Shown: positions 27,422-35,591 of the stretch, in pieces
Numbering within the stretch: position 1 is the stretch's first letter
Layout: every line of letters starts with the position of its first letter
Assembly: GCA_016788345.1 (NCBI GenBank)
Contig: JAEURO010000001.1
Coordinates: 3,812-53,981 of the forward strand
Length of the DNA stretch: 50,170 nucleotides
Reading direction: 5' to 3'
From: Chthonomonadaceae bacterium
GTDB lineage: Bacteria; Armatimonadota; Fimbriimonadia; Fimbriimonadales; Fimbriimonadaceae
Notes under the pieces: model-generated
The model's input: only the letters and a program-made list of their open reading frames with translations
What the model was told of the DNA's origin: nothing
Database searches by the model: none
Made by a program: the position numbers and the translations under genes

Positions 27422-28480
27422 TTGACAAAAGGTACGCCACCGGGACTATCTTTGGGTCTTGACCCGGGCTGGATCGACCATGAAAATGAAACTCATGTTT
27501 GGCCCATTTTCGGGGGTTACCGGGTCGTGGTATTGACTAGCGCCGTACTTGAGACAAGTGCGGACTTCCCAAGTTCACTGGGATCGTTCGCAGCCTTGCC
27601 TTCTAACATTGCGGCGATTGAGGCGGCCCTGCGTTTTGCCCATGGGACCTTACCGTTTGTCGCGATCACGGGCCCTTGTGGGTGGGGCAAAACACACCTC
27701 CTGTCGACTGTCGAGACCGTGCTTTCCAAATCGGATGCGAAACCGCTCTCATTGACGGCTCTGCAATGGTCGCGATCGGCCAGGCCATCATCGTCAAGTT
27801 CACCTCTCATCATCGACGAGGCCCAAGAGCTCTTGTCACACCCTCGGTCAAGGCACGTCTGGCGCCAGTGTCTCGATGTCCGCAAACGAACCGGCCGACC
27901 GACCTTGGTCGCGTGGACCAGCGAGGGGGCTGACCACCGGACGAGGTCTCTCTTGGGTCTCGGCCCGGGCTGGGAGCTGGCCGAACTGCAGTGTCCAGGA
28001 TTGGACGAAAAGGAGCTCCTCGTGATGAGGATTGCAGCAGAGCTTGGCGTCGAGCTGTCCGACCTTGTCGTAAAGGTCGTCGCCCGACACGTCTACGGAA
28101 ATGGCCGATCGGTCAGAGGGGCGCTCCAGAGGCTAAAACTTGTCAAAAAAGACTGGACGTCAGACCTCGATGTGATACCTGCCTGTGGAGTCTTGTCCCC
28201 GTACCTGCTGGGCCACGATGGCTGGGATCCCCGTGACCACGTCCATGATGCCGTGTTGAGTTGTACTGCTGGTGATTCGATTTCCCTGCCGCTCTCCTGC
28301 CACCTGATGCTCGTCGAGATGGGGCTGCCGGAGAGGGAAGTTGCCGAGTTTGTCAAACTTCCGCCCGGAAAGGCTTATCAGTACAGTCGCAGTATCACCG
28401 ACTTGAAGGGTGACAAGAGGGTTGGGAATTTGTTGGACTCTTGCAAAATTGCTATTCTTTCGGGATTTCAGGAGGCCTAG
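27422..28480 (+). CDS. DnaA-family AAA+ protein lacking DnaA domains I-II (divergent DnaA/Hda-like paralogue)
   Basis: Walker A GPCGWGKTHLL (27671-), Walker B LIIDEAQEL, sensor-like TLVAWTSE and GNGRSVRGAL. The pre-P-loop SFAALPSNIAAIEAALRFA resembles DnaA 'FDNFV.G.SN..A..AA'. The C-terminal ~100 aa are loosely DnaA-domain-IV-like. There is no in-frame ATG near the 5' end, so the start is taken as TTG 27422. Confidence 0.55.
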   Translation: MTKGTPPGLSLGLDPGWIDHENETHVWPIFGGYRVVVLTSAVLETSADFPSSLGSFAALPSNIAAIEAALRFAHGTLPFVAITGPCGWGKTHLLSTVETVLSKSDAKPLSLTALQWSRSARPSSSSSPLIIDEAQELLSHPRSRHVWRQCLDVRKRTGRPTLVAWTSEGADHRTRSLLGLGPGWELAELQCPGLDEKELLVMRIAAELGVELSDLVVKVVARHVYGNGRSVRGALQRLKLVKKDWTSDLDVIPACGVLSPYLLGHDGWDPRDHVHDAVLSCTAGDSISLPLSCHLMLVEMGLPEREVAEFVKLPPGKAYQYSRSITDLKGDKRVGNLLDSCKIAILSGFQEA

Positions 28481-28572
28481 CCCCAATCTTGGCGAGTTTG
28501 TTGCGTTCTTCACCGTCAGACTACTACAGAACCAAGCCAGGCTCGGCTTGTCTGGCCGCAGTTGAACCTGCC

Positions 28573-29775
28573 ATGAGGACGATCGGGGATCTTAAACTAA
28601 TCCAGCAAGCTGTTTCGATGTACGAGACGGCGACCGATGCGTTGTCGGCCATGGCCAGAAACTCGGTAGCTGTTGTCTCAGTTCTCGACGATGGGAGGTT
28701 TATCGGCGTCGTGACCAAGGACACTGCAAAGGCTGCCGCTCCAGACACGCCAGTGCGGGACCTCGTTAAGACCCTCGTCATCGAGATGCCTGCGGCGACG
28801 CCGGTCCGTAACGCAGCCGAGGTCTATCTGCAGAACGGACTCGATTTCGTACCAGTGATGGACGGTGACAAGTTTTGCGGGCTATTGACGGCCGTCCAGT
28901 TCCTCCTTGACCTCAGCTGGTCTTGGGATCCGATGACGGCCCTGAGCTGGAGCGACCGTCTACGCGAATGGGGCGTCGACCAATTAGAGGATGGCCGAGA
29001 AGTGACAGTGGTTTTTGTCGATCTAGATAACTTTGGAGCCTACAACAAGACTCATGGACATGTGGTTGGCGACCGAGTGCTCCGGGCCGTCGCAAAACTC
29101 CTGGCGAACAAAGCAGACTCCAACCAAGACCTTTTGGTGAGATATGGAGGCGACGAATTCGTCATTGGGTCGATCCGGCCCCGGGGGGACGTAGAATCTG
29201 ACTTTCGGGAACTCGCTCAAACCTCGGTTGTTGTCGAAGGCGTCCCCGAGAAGGTGTCCTTCACAGTCGGCGTCGCGGGAGGCAAGCGGACGCGAGAGAG
29301 AGAAAGGACTCACGTCGCTTCAACACTTGACAATTTGATCAACCTCGCAAGTAAGGACGCCCTGGCAAGAAAGGCACGTCGGTCTTCCAAAGAGCAGCCC
29401 ACAGAGAAAAGAATCTGCAATGTTGAGATTGAGCCTAACCAGGCAGGATCGACGGCTCTCGCATCGGTCGAGCTTTCGAACGGGGTTTTCATCGCCTCGC
29501 ACCCAGTTGTCGACAACGATAAGATCGCAGCCGTTGGAATGGCCGTGTCGCGGGCTCTCGAAAGATCCCGCCCGGGTGTCAAAGTGACCTGCCAGGACGT
29601 CGTCTTGTATAAGAGATGGGACGGTGAACCTGTTGTAATCGTAAGGACCAAAATACAAAAGGAGTCCGTCTCCGAAGTAGTCGAAGTGTCAAAGTACGCA
29701 CCTTCCGGAGTTCTCACTTCTCTCGGCGAAGCGGTGGTTTCGGCTTGCCAAAAATCGATCGTCTTTAACAGCTGA
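28573..29775 (+). CDS. CBS-pair + GGDEF diguanylate cyclase with uncharacterised C-terminal extension
   Basis: Two CBS-like segments precede FVDLDNFGAYNKTHGHVVGDRVLR...RYGGDEFVI, with an intact GGDEF at 29146-29160. About 130 aa after the cyclase domain match nothing I recognise. Confidence 0.85.
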   Translation: MRTIGDLKLIQQAVSMYETATDALSAMARNSVAVVSVLDDGRFIGVVTKDTAKAAAPDTPVRDLVKTLVIEMPAATPVRNAAEVYLQNGLDFVPVMDGDKFCGLLTAVQFLLDLSWSWDPMTALSWSDRLREWGVDQLEDGREVTVVFVDLDNFGAYNKTHGHVVGDRVLRAVAKLLANKADSNQDLLVRYGGDEFVIGSIRPRGDVESDFRELAQTSVVVEGVPEKVSFTVGVAGGKRTRERERTHVASTLDNLINLASKDALARKARRSSKEQPTEKRICNVEIEPNQAGSTALASVELSNGVFIASHPVVDNDKIAAVGMAVSRALERSRPGVKVTCQDVVLYKRWDGEPVVIVRTKIQKESVSEVVEVSKYAPSGVLTSLGEAVVSACQKSIVFNS

Positions 29776-29981
29776 CCACTGGCCGCTTGTCATCTGCTTG
29801 ATTTGCGACGTCGCATAGCGACCCCTCGCATCCAAATTTTATGCCTGGAGCAAAGATGGATTGGGGGTGCCTTTGGCCCGCCTTCCCGTCGGCCAAACCT
29901 TCAATTCAGGTACAAACAAGGCTGAAACTACACGTTCTGGTCATGTTTCATGATGTGGCTGGAGCCTGGGAACGAACCTGA

Positions 29982-31568
29982 ATGGCCCTGATGGACAACG
30001 ACAAGACGGTGCATGAAATTCAAACTGACGACCAGCTCTTAGAGCACTACTCGGAGAAAGAATACGAGTGGGGGTTTGTCAGCGATGTCGAAGCGGAAAC
30101 GCTACCACCTGGCCTCAGTGAAGAGACTGTCAGGTTTATCAGTGCTAAGAAGAATGAGCCTGAGTGGATGCTGGAGTGGCGGCTCAAGGCTTTTCGTCAC
30201 TTCCTGACCTTGACCGAGCCGACCTGGCCCAATGTTGAGTACGAAAAGCCACGACTTCAAGAAATTTCCTTCTATTCGGCACCGACTAAGAAGCCCTCGC
30301 TTGATTCTCTCGAAGACGCTGACCCCGAACTGCTGCGGACGTTCGAAAAGCTGGGAATCCCGCTTAGGGAGCAGGAAATCTTGCTCAACGTGCGAGGTGC
30401 CGCAGAGGCCCACGCTTCCGGATCTCCACCCCCAACCCCCTCCTCATCTGCACAAACATCAGACGAGGAGGGGGCTCCGATTTCCGGTGGGGTCGCCATT
30501 GACGCAGTTTTCGATTCCGTCAGCGTTGTCACAACATTCAAGGAAACGCTCAAGAAGGCGGGCGTCATCTTTTGTTCGATCAGTGAAGCGATCCAAGAGC
30601 ACCCAGAACTGGTCAAAGAGTACATGGGCAGCGTTGTGCCCTACAGCGACAACTACTATGCGACCCTCAATAGTGCCGTTTTTAGTGATGGCTCGTTCGT
30701 TTACGTTCCCAAAGGCGTCCGTTGCCCGATGGAGCTCAGCACGTACTTCCGGATCAACGCCGAGAACACGGGGCAATTCGAACGGACCTTGATCATCTGC
30801 GCCGAGGGGGCCTACGTCAGCTACCTCGAAGGCTGCACAGCACCTAAGCGAGACCAGAACCAACTGCATGCCGCAGTCGTCGAGCTCGTCGCCCACAAAG
30901 ACGCGACCATCAAGTACTCGACCGTCCAGAACTGGTATCCCGGCGACCCCAAGACGGGCAAGGGCGGCATCTTCAACTTTGTCACCAAGCGCGGGATCTG
31001 CCGCGAGAGCGGCGGCAAGATCACGTGGACCCAGGTGGAGACCGGCAGCGCTATCACATGGAAGTACCCGAGCGTGATCCTCAAAGGCGACGACAGTGTC
31101 GGAGAGTTCTACTCCGTCGCCCTCACTGCTAACAAGCAGCAGGCCGACACCGGCACCAAGATGGTCCACATCGGCAAGCGCACCCGCTCGACGATCGTCA
31201 GCAAAGGGATCAGTGCGGGCAACGGTCAGAACACCTACCGCGGCCTCGTCAAAATCAACGCGGGGGCAGACGGAGCGCGCAACTACTCGGTCTGCGACTC
31301 GATGCTGATGGGCGACCGCTGCGGCGCCCATACCTTCCCCTACATCGAGGTCAAGAACAACACCGCCAAGATGGAGCACGAGGCGACGACATCCAAGATC
31401 GGCGAAGACCAGCTCTTCTACCTCGCCTCGCGAGGGATCAACGAGGAGGACGCGATCAACATGATCGTGTCTGGCTTCTGCAAAGACGTCTTCCGCGAGC
31501 TCCCCATGGAGTTCGCCGTCGAGGCGCAGAAGTTGCTTGCGGTGAGTTTAGAGCACAGTGTCGGCTAG
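29982..31568 (+). CDS. sufB: Fe-S cluster assembly protein SufB
   Basis: 528 aa with SufB motifs throughout, ending in ...[31 protein letters not shown]. It contains a ~30-aa low-complexity insert. No sufC/D/S/U is adjacent. Confidence 0.95.
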   Translation: MALMDNDKTVHEIQTDDQLLEHYSEKEYEWGFVSDVEAETLPPGLSEETVRFISAKKNEPEWMLEWRLKAFRHFLTLTEPTWPNVEYEKPRLQEISFYSAPTKKPSLDSLEDADPELLRTFEKLGIPLREQEILLNVRGAAEAHASGSPPPTPSSSAQTSDEEGAPISGGVAIDAVFDSVSVVTTFKETLKKAGVIFCSISEAIQEHPELVKEYMGSVVPYSDNYYATLNSAVFSDGSFVYVPKGVRCPMELSTYFRINAENTGQFERTLIICAEGAYVSYLEGCTAPKRDQNQLHAAVVELVAHKDATIKYSTVQNWYPGDPKTGKGGIFNFVTKRGICRESGGKITWTQVETGSAITWKYPSVILKGDDSVGEFYSVALTANKQQADTGTKMVHIGKRTRSTIVSKGISAGNGQNTYRGLVKINAGADGARNYSVCDSMLMGDRCGAHTFPYIEVKNNTAKMEHEATTSKIGEDQLFYLASRGINEEDAINMIVSGFCKDVFRELPMEFAVEAQKLLAVSLEHSVG

Positions 31569-31574
31569 GCAGGC
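31470..31574 (+). repeat. Direct repeat copy 1 (functional 3' end of sufB plus 6 nt)
   Basis: Hand alignment to 33673-33776 gives about 16 differences in 105 nt, with an identical 28-nt core at 31505-31532. Confidence 0.85.
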
Positions 31575-31609
31575 TCAACTCTTCGGGTAGTACACCCTCA
31601 ATCTTCGTG

Positions 31610-32362
31610 TCATTTGCTGACAAGCCGAAGAGGGACGTACCAATGACCCCCATGCCACAGAAGCGTGTCTGGACAGTCCTGCCACTCGGATCCTTTCTTG
31701 AGCTTGGTCGACCCCAAGGGAAAAACGTAGTCCAGCCCACTGTAGTTAAAGGAGGCCGTACCTCTGACCTTGTTCCAGGTTATTTCGACTCCAGCCGCCG
31801 CCGCCCACCCGTCCAGGGGTAGGAGCACATCGCCAGAGGGGCCCGTGCGGCAACCTGAAACCCGATGGCCATAGACCGTAGCGTCGCCCGCCGCCCGGGT
31901 GTCAAGCCCCCTGATCTTTGCGACGGCATATCGCGCCGCGCCTTCTTGCAGCTGATAGTCGGTCTCGGTGACTGAGATGCCAGTTAGTCGAACATAAAGC
32001 ACCAGGCGACCGGTCATAAAATAGAGGAATCCTCCGTCTGGGCCCCTAGAGTCCGCACACCTATTGGCAAGAGGAAGTCCAGACCTGGGGGTCTGCGGCC
32101 GATCTGGGGCGTACTTAGATATCAAAAACGTATTGGCTTCGTTCCAGATTTCCTCGATACTTAGCTTGTCGTCTGTGCGCATCGCAACAATGTCGAGTCG
32201 AGAATTGTCCCTCTCTCGGCTGTAATAGACCATATGTGCGACTTTCGTACGAGTTTTGGAAAGCATGAAACCACACAAAATTGAAGGATCTGGTTTCAAG
32301 AGGTCGACGTCTGGTAACTCTTGTTTTGCGGCGGTCAGATATAGTATCACGCTTAGAATCAT
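31610..32362 (-). CDS. Hypothetical protein; C-terminal part resembles copper-amine-oxidase-N-terminal-like 'stalk' domains
   Basis: 250-aa ORF. The tail ...LLPLDGWAAAAGVEITWNKVRGTASF...HWYVPLRLV is reminiscent of Cu_amine_oxidN1-type domains. (AAT)4 abuts the ATG. Weak assignment. Confidence 0.45.
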   Translation of the reverse strand: MILSVILYLTAAKQELPDVDLLKPDPSILCGFMLSKTRTKVAHMVYYSRERDNSRLDIVAMRTDDKLSIEEIWNEANTFLISKYAPDRPQTPRSGLPLANRCADSRGPDGGFLYFMTGRLVLYVRLTGISVTETDYQLQEGAARYAVAKIRGLDTRAAGDATVYGHRVSGCRTGPSGDVLLPLDGWAAAAGVEITWNKVRGTASFNYSGLDYVFPLGSTKLKKGSEWQDCPDTLLWHGGHWYVPLRLVSK

Positions 32363-32412
32363 AAATTATTATTATTAGTGAAGGTCATTGGTAAAAGCAC
32401 ACTTCAGTAGTT

Positions 32413-33582
32413 CTAGACCAGCTCGATAACCGTCCAGTCGTACCAATAGGGAATAAGAAAGTTATTGCCAGGATAAAATGGATAGTTGGCAGCAAGACCT
32501 CCCCAAAAATATGTGTAAAATTGCCAGTACATCGAACGTGGCCATCCCGGTATTGGGTTGTCCCAAAAAAAGCCACCTATGTCCTTTTCCTGCGCCGCGC
32601 AAGCGTCGAAGGCGTCTGCACCGTTAGAAGTCGCTTGGGCATGAAAAGCAAAGTCAAAAGGCTGATAGGTGCTCCACCCAGTGCCTCGAAGAGGGTTTGT
32701 GCGGAACCCTGCTTGACCTCCAGGGCTGACTGCGGTGACTTTTGACAACACTATGGGCACACCAATGGCTTCATTGCAGATTGCGAAGTACGCAGCGACG
32801 TCCTGACAGTCAACAAATCTAAAAAATTGGAGCGTATCAATGAAGAGTTTTAGACGGAAAAGTCCAATTGTATTGGTTACTGGTAGATAGAAATTCGGTT
32901 GCGTAGAATCATACAACCCTGCCGAGCCGAAAACTCCGTAGGTGCAAGCGGCGCGACAGGCGTCTGGGCCGGTCAGCCCTGTGCACCAAAGACATGATTT
33001 GTCTAAGACTTCGGCCCAAACGGGCACCTGGTGGCCCGGAGCCGCACCAATCGGGGCGGTGTCCGTCAGCCACACTTTGATCCCCACGTCGTTGCCGAAG
33101 AGCGAGGCATAGTCTGAATCACACACAAAGTCAAAGGTCAGGTCCCCCAACGTCACAAAGATTGGCAGGCCGCTGATGGTGAATTCAACTTGGTTGCACT
33201 GGCCGTTGGCCGGAAACTACACGGGTTGGGCGGCTGGCGTCACAGACAGTGTGAAACTACCGCTCGCTGACGAATACCTGACGTCAGAAATGCTGATAAA
33301 CGTTCCATGGGCATACGGCGTCGGGTTTGTGAGGGCGATTTTGAACTTGCGAGTCCCCGAAGAGCGCACCCACGCGACACCTGGCGCACCTCCAGGCACT
33401 TCGGCGGGCAGGTATTGGCCGGGATCCGCCGTTGGCCACACTTCAGAACTGGTCAGAGACTCACTGGCGAGATAGTCCAAGAACGTGAGGCTATACGGCG
33501 GCTCTAGCGAGCCCGAACCTGCCCCACGGAACATCCCGCCCAAGGCGACACCCGCAAGAGCGACTGTCGAAATACCTACCAT
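32413..33582 (-). pseudogene. Secreted protein gene interrupted by a single in-frame TAG (121-aa signal-peptide part + 267-codon open remainder)
   Basis: ORFs 33217..33582 and 32413..33156 are in the same frame. The only stop between them is TAG at 33217-33219, and the intervening 20 codons are open (FPANGQCNQVEFTISGLPIF). The N-terminus MVGISTVALAGVALGG is signal-like. Confidence 0.5.
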
Positions 33583-33589
33583 TGGCGCA

Positions 33590-33610
33590 TACTACTACTA
33601 CTACTACTAC
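33590..33610. repeat. Trinucleotide microsatellite (TAC)7 = (GTA)7 on the minus strand
   Basis: Seven perfect units lie 8-28 nt upstream of ATG 33582 of the minus-strand gene. Further degenerate TAC units follow to about 33633. Confidence 0.9.
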
Positions 33611-33672
33611 TGTTAAAACTACTAGCTTTTACTGTGGTCGCTGATCAGTCCAACCTGGACAATTGGGCGGCC

Positions 33673-33776
33673 TCAGGTTTCTGCAAAGACATCTTCCGCG
33701 AGCTCCACATGGAGTTCGCCGTCGAGGCGCAGAAGCTGCTGGCCGTGAGCCTAGAGCACTCGGTTGGTAGGCCTGG
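33673..33776 (+). pseudogene. Orphan sufB 3'-end fragment (direct repeat copy 2)
   Basis: Translates to [32 protein letters not shown] with no SufB sequence upstream. A 1-nt deletion removes the stop. It has P->H in the ELPMEF motif. Confidence 0.8.
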
Positions 33777-34079
33777 CATGCCACATGATGAGCTAGTCTC
33801 ATGCTATAGGATCCCCAAAGGACGGTGCTCAGTGGTCGAACATGGACAAGAAACCGTTCGTTCGCATTTTGGATCTAGTGATGGCAACCGCCTTGACGGC
33901 GGCATCTGAGGCAAGAGTCACTGAGGGTTCTTGCCGAGCGCTTGGCACCCCCACAGCCCGAAATCTCTCCCCAAAAACGTGAGCAAATCGTGAATTGACG
34001 TTGTGACGATCCTGTCACAAACACTGTGTTTCAATGGGGGAGAGCCACGGCATTCGAGCCTTGGCAAAAGGAAAAACAC

Positions 34080-35423
34080 ATGTCAAAACTAAAAGGAACA
34101 CTGCGTGCGCTTTGCCTATTGACGATCGGTTTGTCGTCCTTAGCCTACTCCCTCCCCGTCCGGTTTGGATCGCCCGATATGGATGGAGCCACATGTGTGG
34201 ACGTCGACCCTGTCTCCGGATCGGTCTATGTGGCCGGCTCCTATTACACAAACAAGCTCGTCAAAAGTCAAATGTGCCTGAACAAGTACACCGCGGCAGG
34301 CGTCCTGGTTTGGTCCCGGCTCTACGGCAACAAAGGTGAAGACACAGCGCTAGACGTTAAGGTTTCCCCAACTACAGGCGAGATTTATGTGACAGGCAGG
34401 GTGGAGAATGCCTTGACCGGACATACCGACTGCGCCACTCTCAAATACTCGCCTGGTGGAGTTCGCTTATCGTCTCACCTTTACGGCGGCGCGCTCGACG
34501 ACGCAGGAAAGAAAATCACTCTAGACGGAGTCGGCAACTGCCTGGTCGCCGGCTACGCCTCGCAGTCGGCTTCAGGCAAAGACATCATGCTGCTCAAATA
34601 CAGTCCTGGCCTGACGCTAACCCTGCCCGTCGTTTTGACCAGTGCGTCTGGTGACGATGAGGCCAATGCGATCGCCGTGAACAGCAATGGCGCTTATCTC
34701 GCTTGTAAGATGACGAACTCCGCTGGCAACCAAGATGGATTCTTGGCGAGGATTTCACTCGTCTCGGGGGCCGTCTTGGGCAATAGACTGTTTGCAGGGA
34801 CGGCTTCCGCGAACGACCAACTTGTCGACGTGGCTTATGACGCTGCTGGCTCCGTCTATGTCGCGGGCACCGTCGACGACACGGTTGGTGGGCAAATGAT
34901 CGTGGCAGGAAAGTTCAATCCAAACTTGGCCGTGACGAACTGGGTCTCGCCCTTTAACGCTGTAGCAGGGACCACCGATGACTTTGCAAACAGGCTGAAG
35001 GTCACGAGCACCGACGTCTATGTCGCTGGGGCATCCTTCGGCGTGACCGGGCTTGGCGCGGACGCCGTCATGGTGAGCTTTGACCCTCTGACTGGCGGAC
35101 TTCGTCCAGGCTGGCCGTGGTTCTACCATTACTTGGATCACGATGAAGTGAAGGACTTTGTGGTCGACCCTGTCTCTGGTTCGATTTTCGCGGGGCTTTA
35201 CACGGACGGATTTCCATCCCACGACTACGCCACGATCCGAATCAATGGCGGCCTGACAAGTTGGGTGAACCGCTACCACTACTACAGCCATGACGAGATG
35301 TCCGAAGTCGCCCTAAGCCTCACCGGAAACCCGATCATAACTGGAAGATCTGAAGGACCAGGCACGAGCTTCGATTGGGCCACAGGAATGTGCGACGCGA
35401 CGACCGGATCCGATGTTTGGTGA
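34080..35423 (+). CDS. Secreted SBBP beta-propeller repeat protein
   Basis: Signal peptide MSKLKGTLRALCLLTIGLSSLAYS. It has repeated ...D.A.....D..G..YV.G........D....K....G... units typical of SBBP repeats. Confidence 0.75.
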   Translation: MSKLKGTLRALCLLTIGLSSLAYSLPVRFGSPDMDGATCVDVDPVSGSVYVAGSYYTNKLVKSQMCLNKYTAAGVLVWSRLYGNKGEDTALDVKVSPTTGEIYVTGRVENALTGHTDCATLKYSPGGVRLSSHLYGGALDDAGKKITLDGVGNCLVAGYASQSASGKDIMLLKYSPGLTLTLPVVLTSASGDDEANAIAVNSNGAYLACKMTNSAGNQDGFLARISLVSGAVLGNRLFAGTASANDQLVDVAYDAAGSVYVAGTVDDTVGGQMIVAGKFNPNLAVTNWVSPFNAVAGTTDDFANRLKVTSTDVYVAGASFGVTGLGADAVMVSFDPLTGGLRPGWPWFYHYLDHDEVKDFVVDPVSGSIFAGLYTDGFPSHDYATIRINGGLTSWVNRYHYYSHDEMSEVALSLTGNPIITGRSEGPGTSFDWATGMCDATTGSDVW

Positions 35424-35591
35424 CGCTACTCTGAACTCACGATCAATCAAAACCTATCCTTGGGGCGCCCGTTTCACGATTCTGTGACGGGCGCCAGCCC
35501 TTAATGAAAGGCAAGATGGATGCGACGAGAGATCTGCAACTGGCTTGCCACGGAGTCGCAATTCTTTGTCTCAATCTGACAAACTTCTTGC

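Larger units (their letters stand above)
31575..33672. mobile_element. Candidate inserted islet bracketed by sufB-3' direct repeats (no recombinase inside)
   Basis: Flanked by the two sufB-end copies. It holds only minus-strand secreted/unknown genes. There is a local AT-rich patch (66 G+C in 180 nt at 32341-32520) and microsatellites at gene 5' ends. Confidence 0.35.

Noticed and set aside
30396-30492. SufB insertion as an intein.
   Set aside because: It is only about 30 aa of low-complexity sequence. It lacks the Cys/Ser-1 and His-Asn-Cys splice-junction blocks.
33590-33633. Repeat tract as a CRISPR array or minisatellite.
   Set aside because: It is a 3-nt unit microsatellite of 21 nt. 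It has no spacer structure and no cas genes in the window.
31470-33776. sufB-end repeat pair as a diversity-generating retroelement template/variable repeat pair.
   Set aside because: The mismatches are not adenine-specific (they include T>A, C>T, G>A, T>C and G>C changes plus a gap). No reverse transcriptase or accessory gene is nearby.
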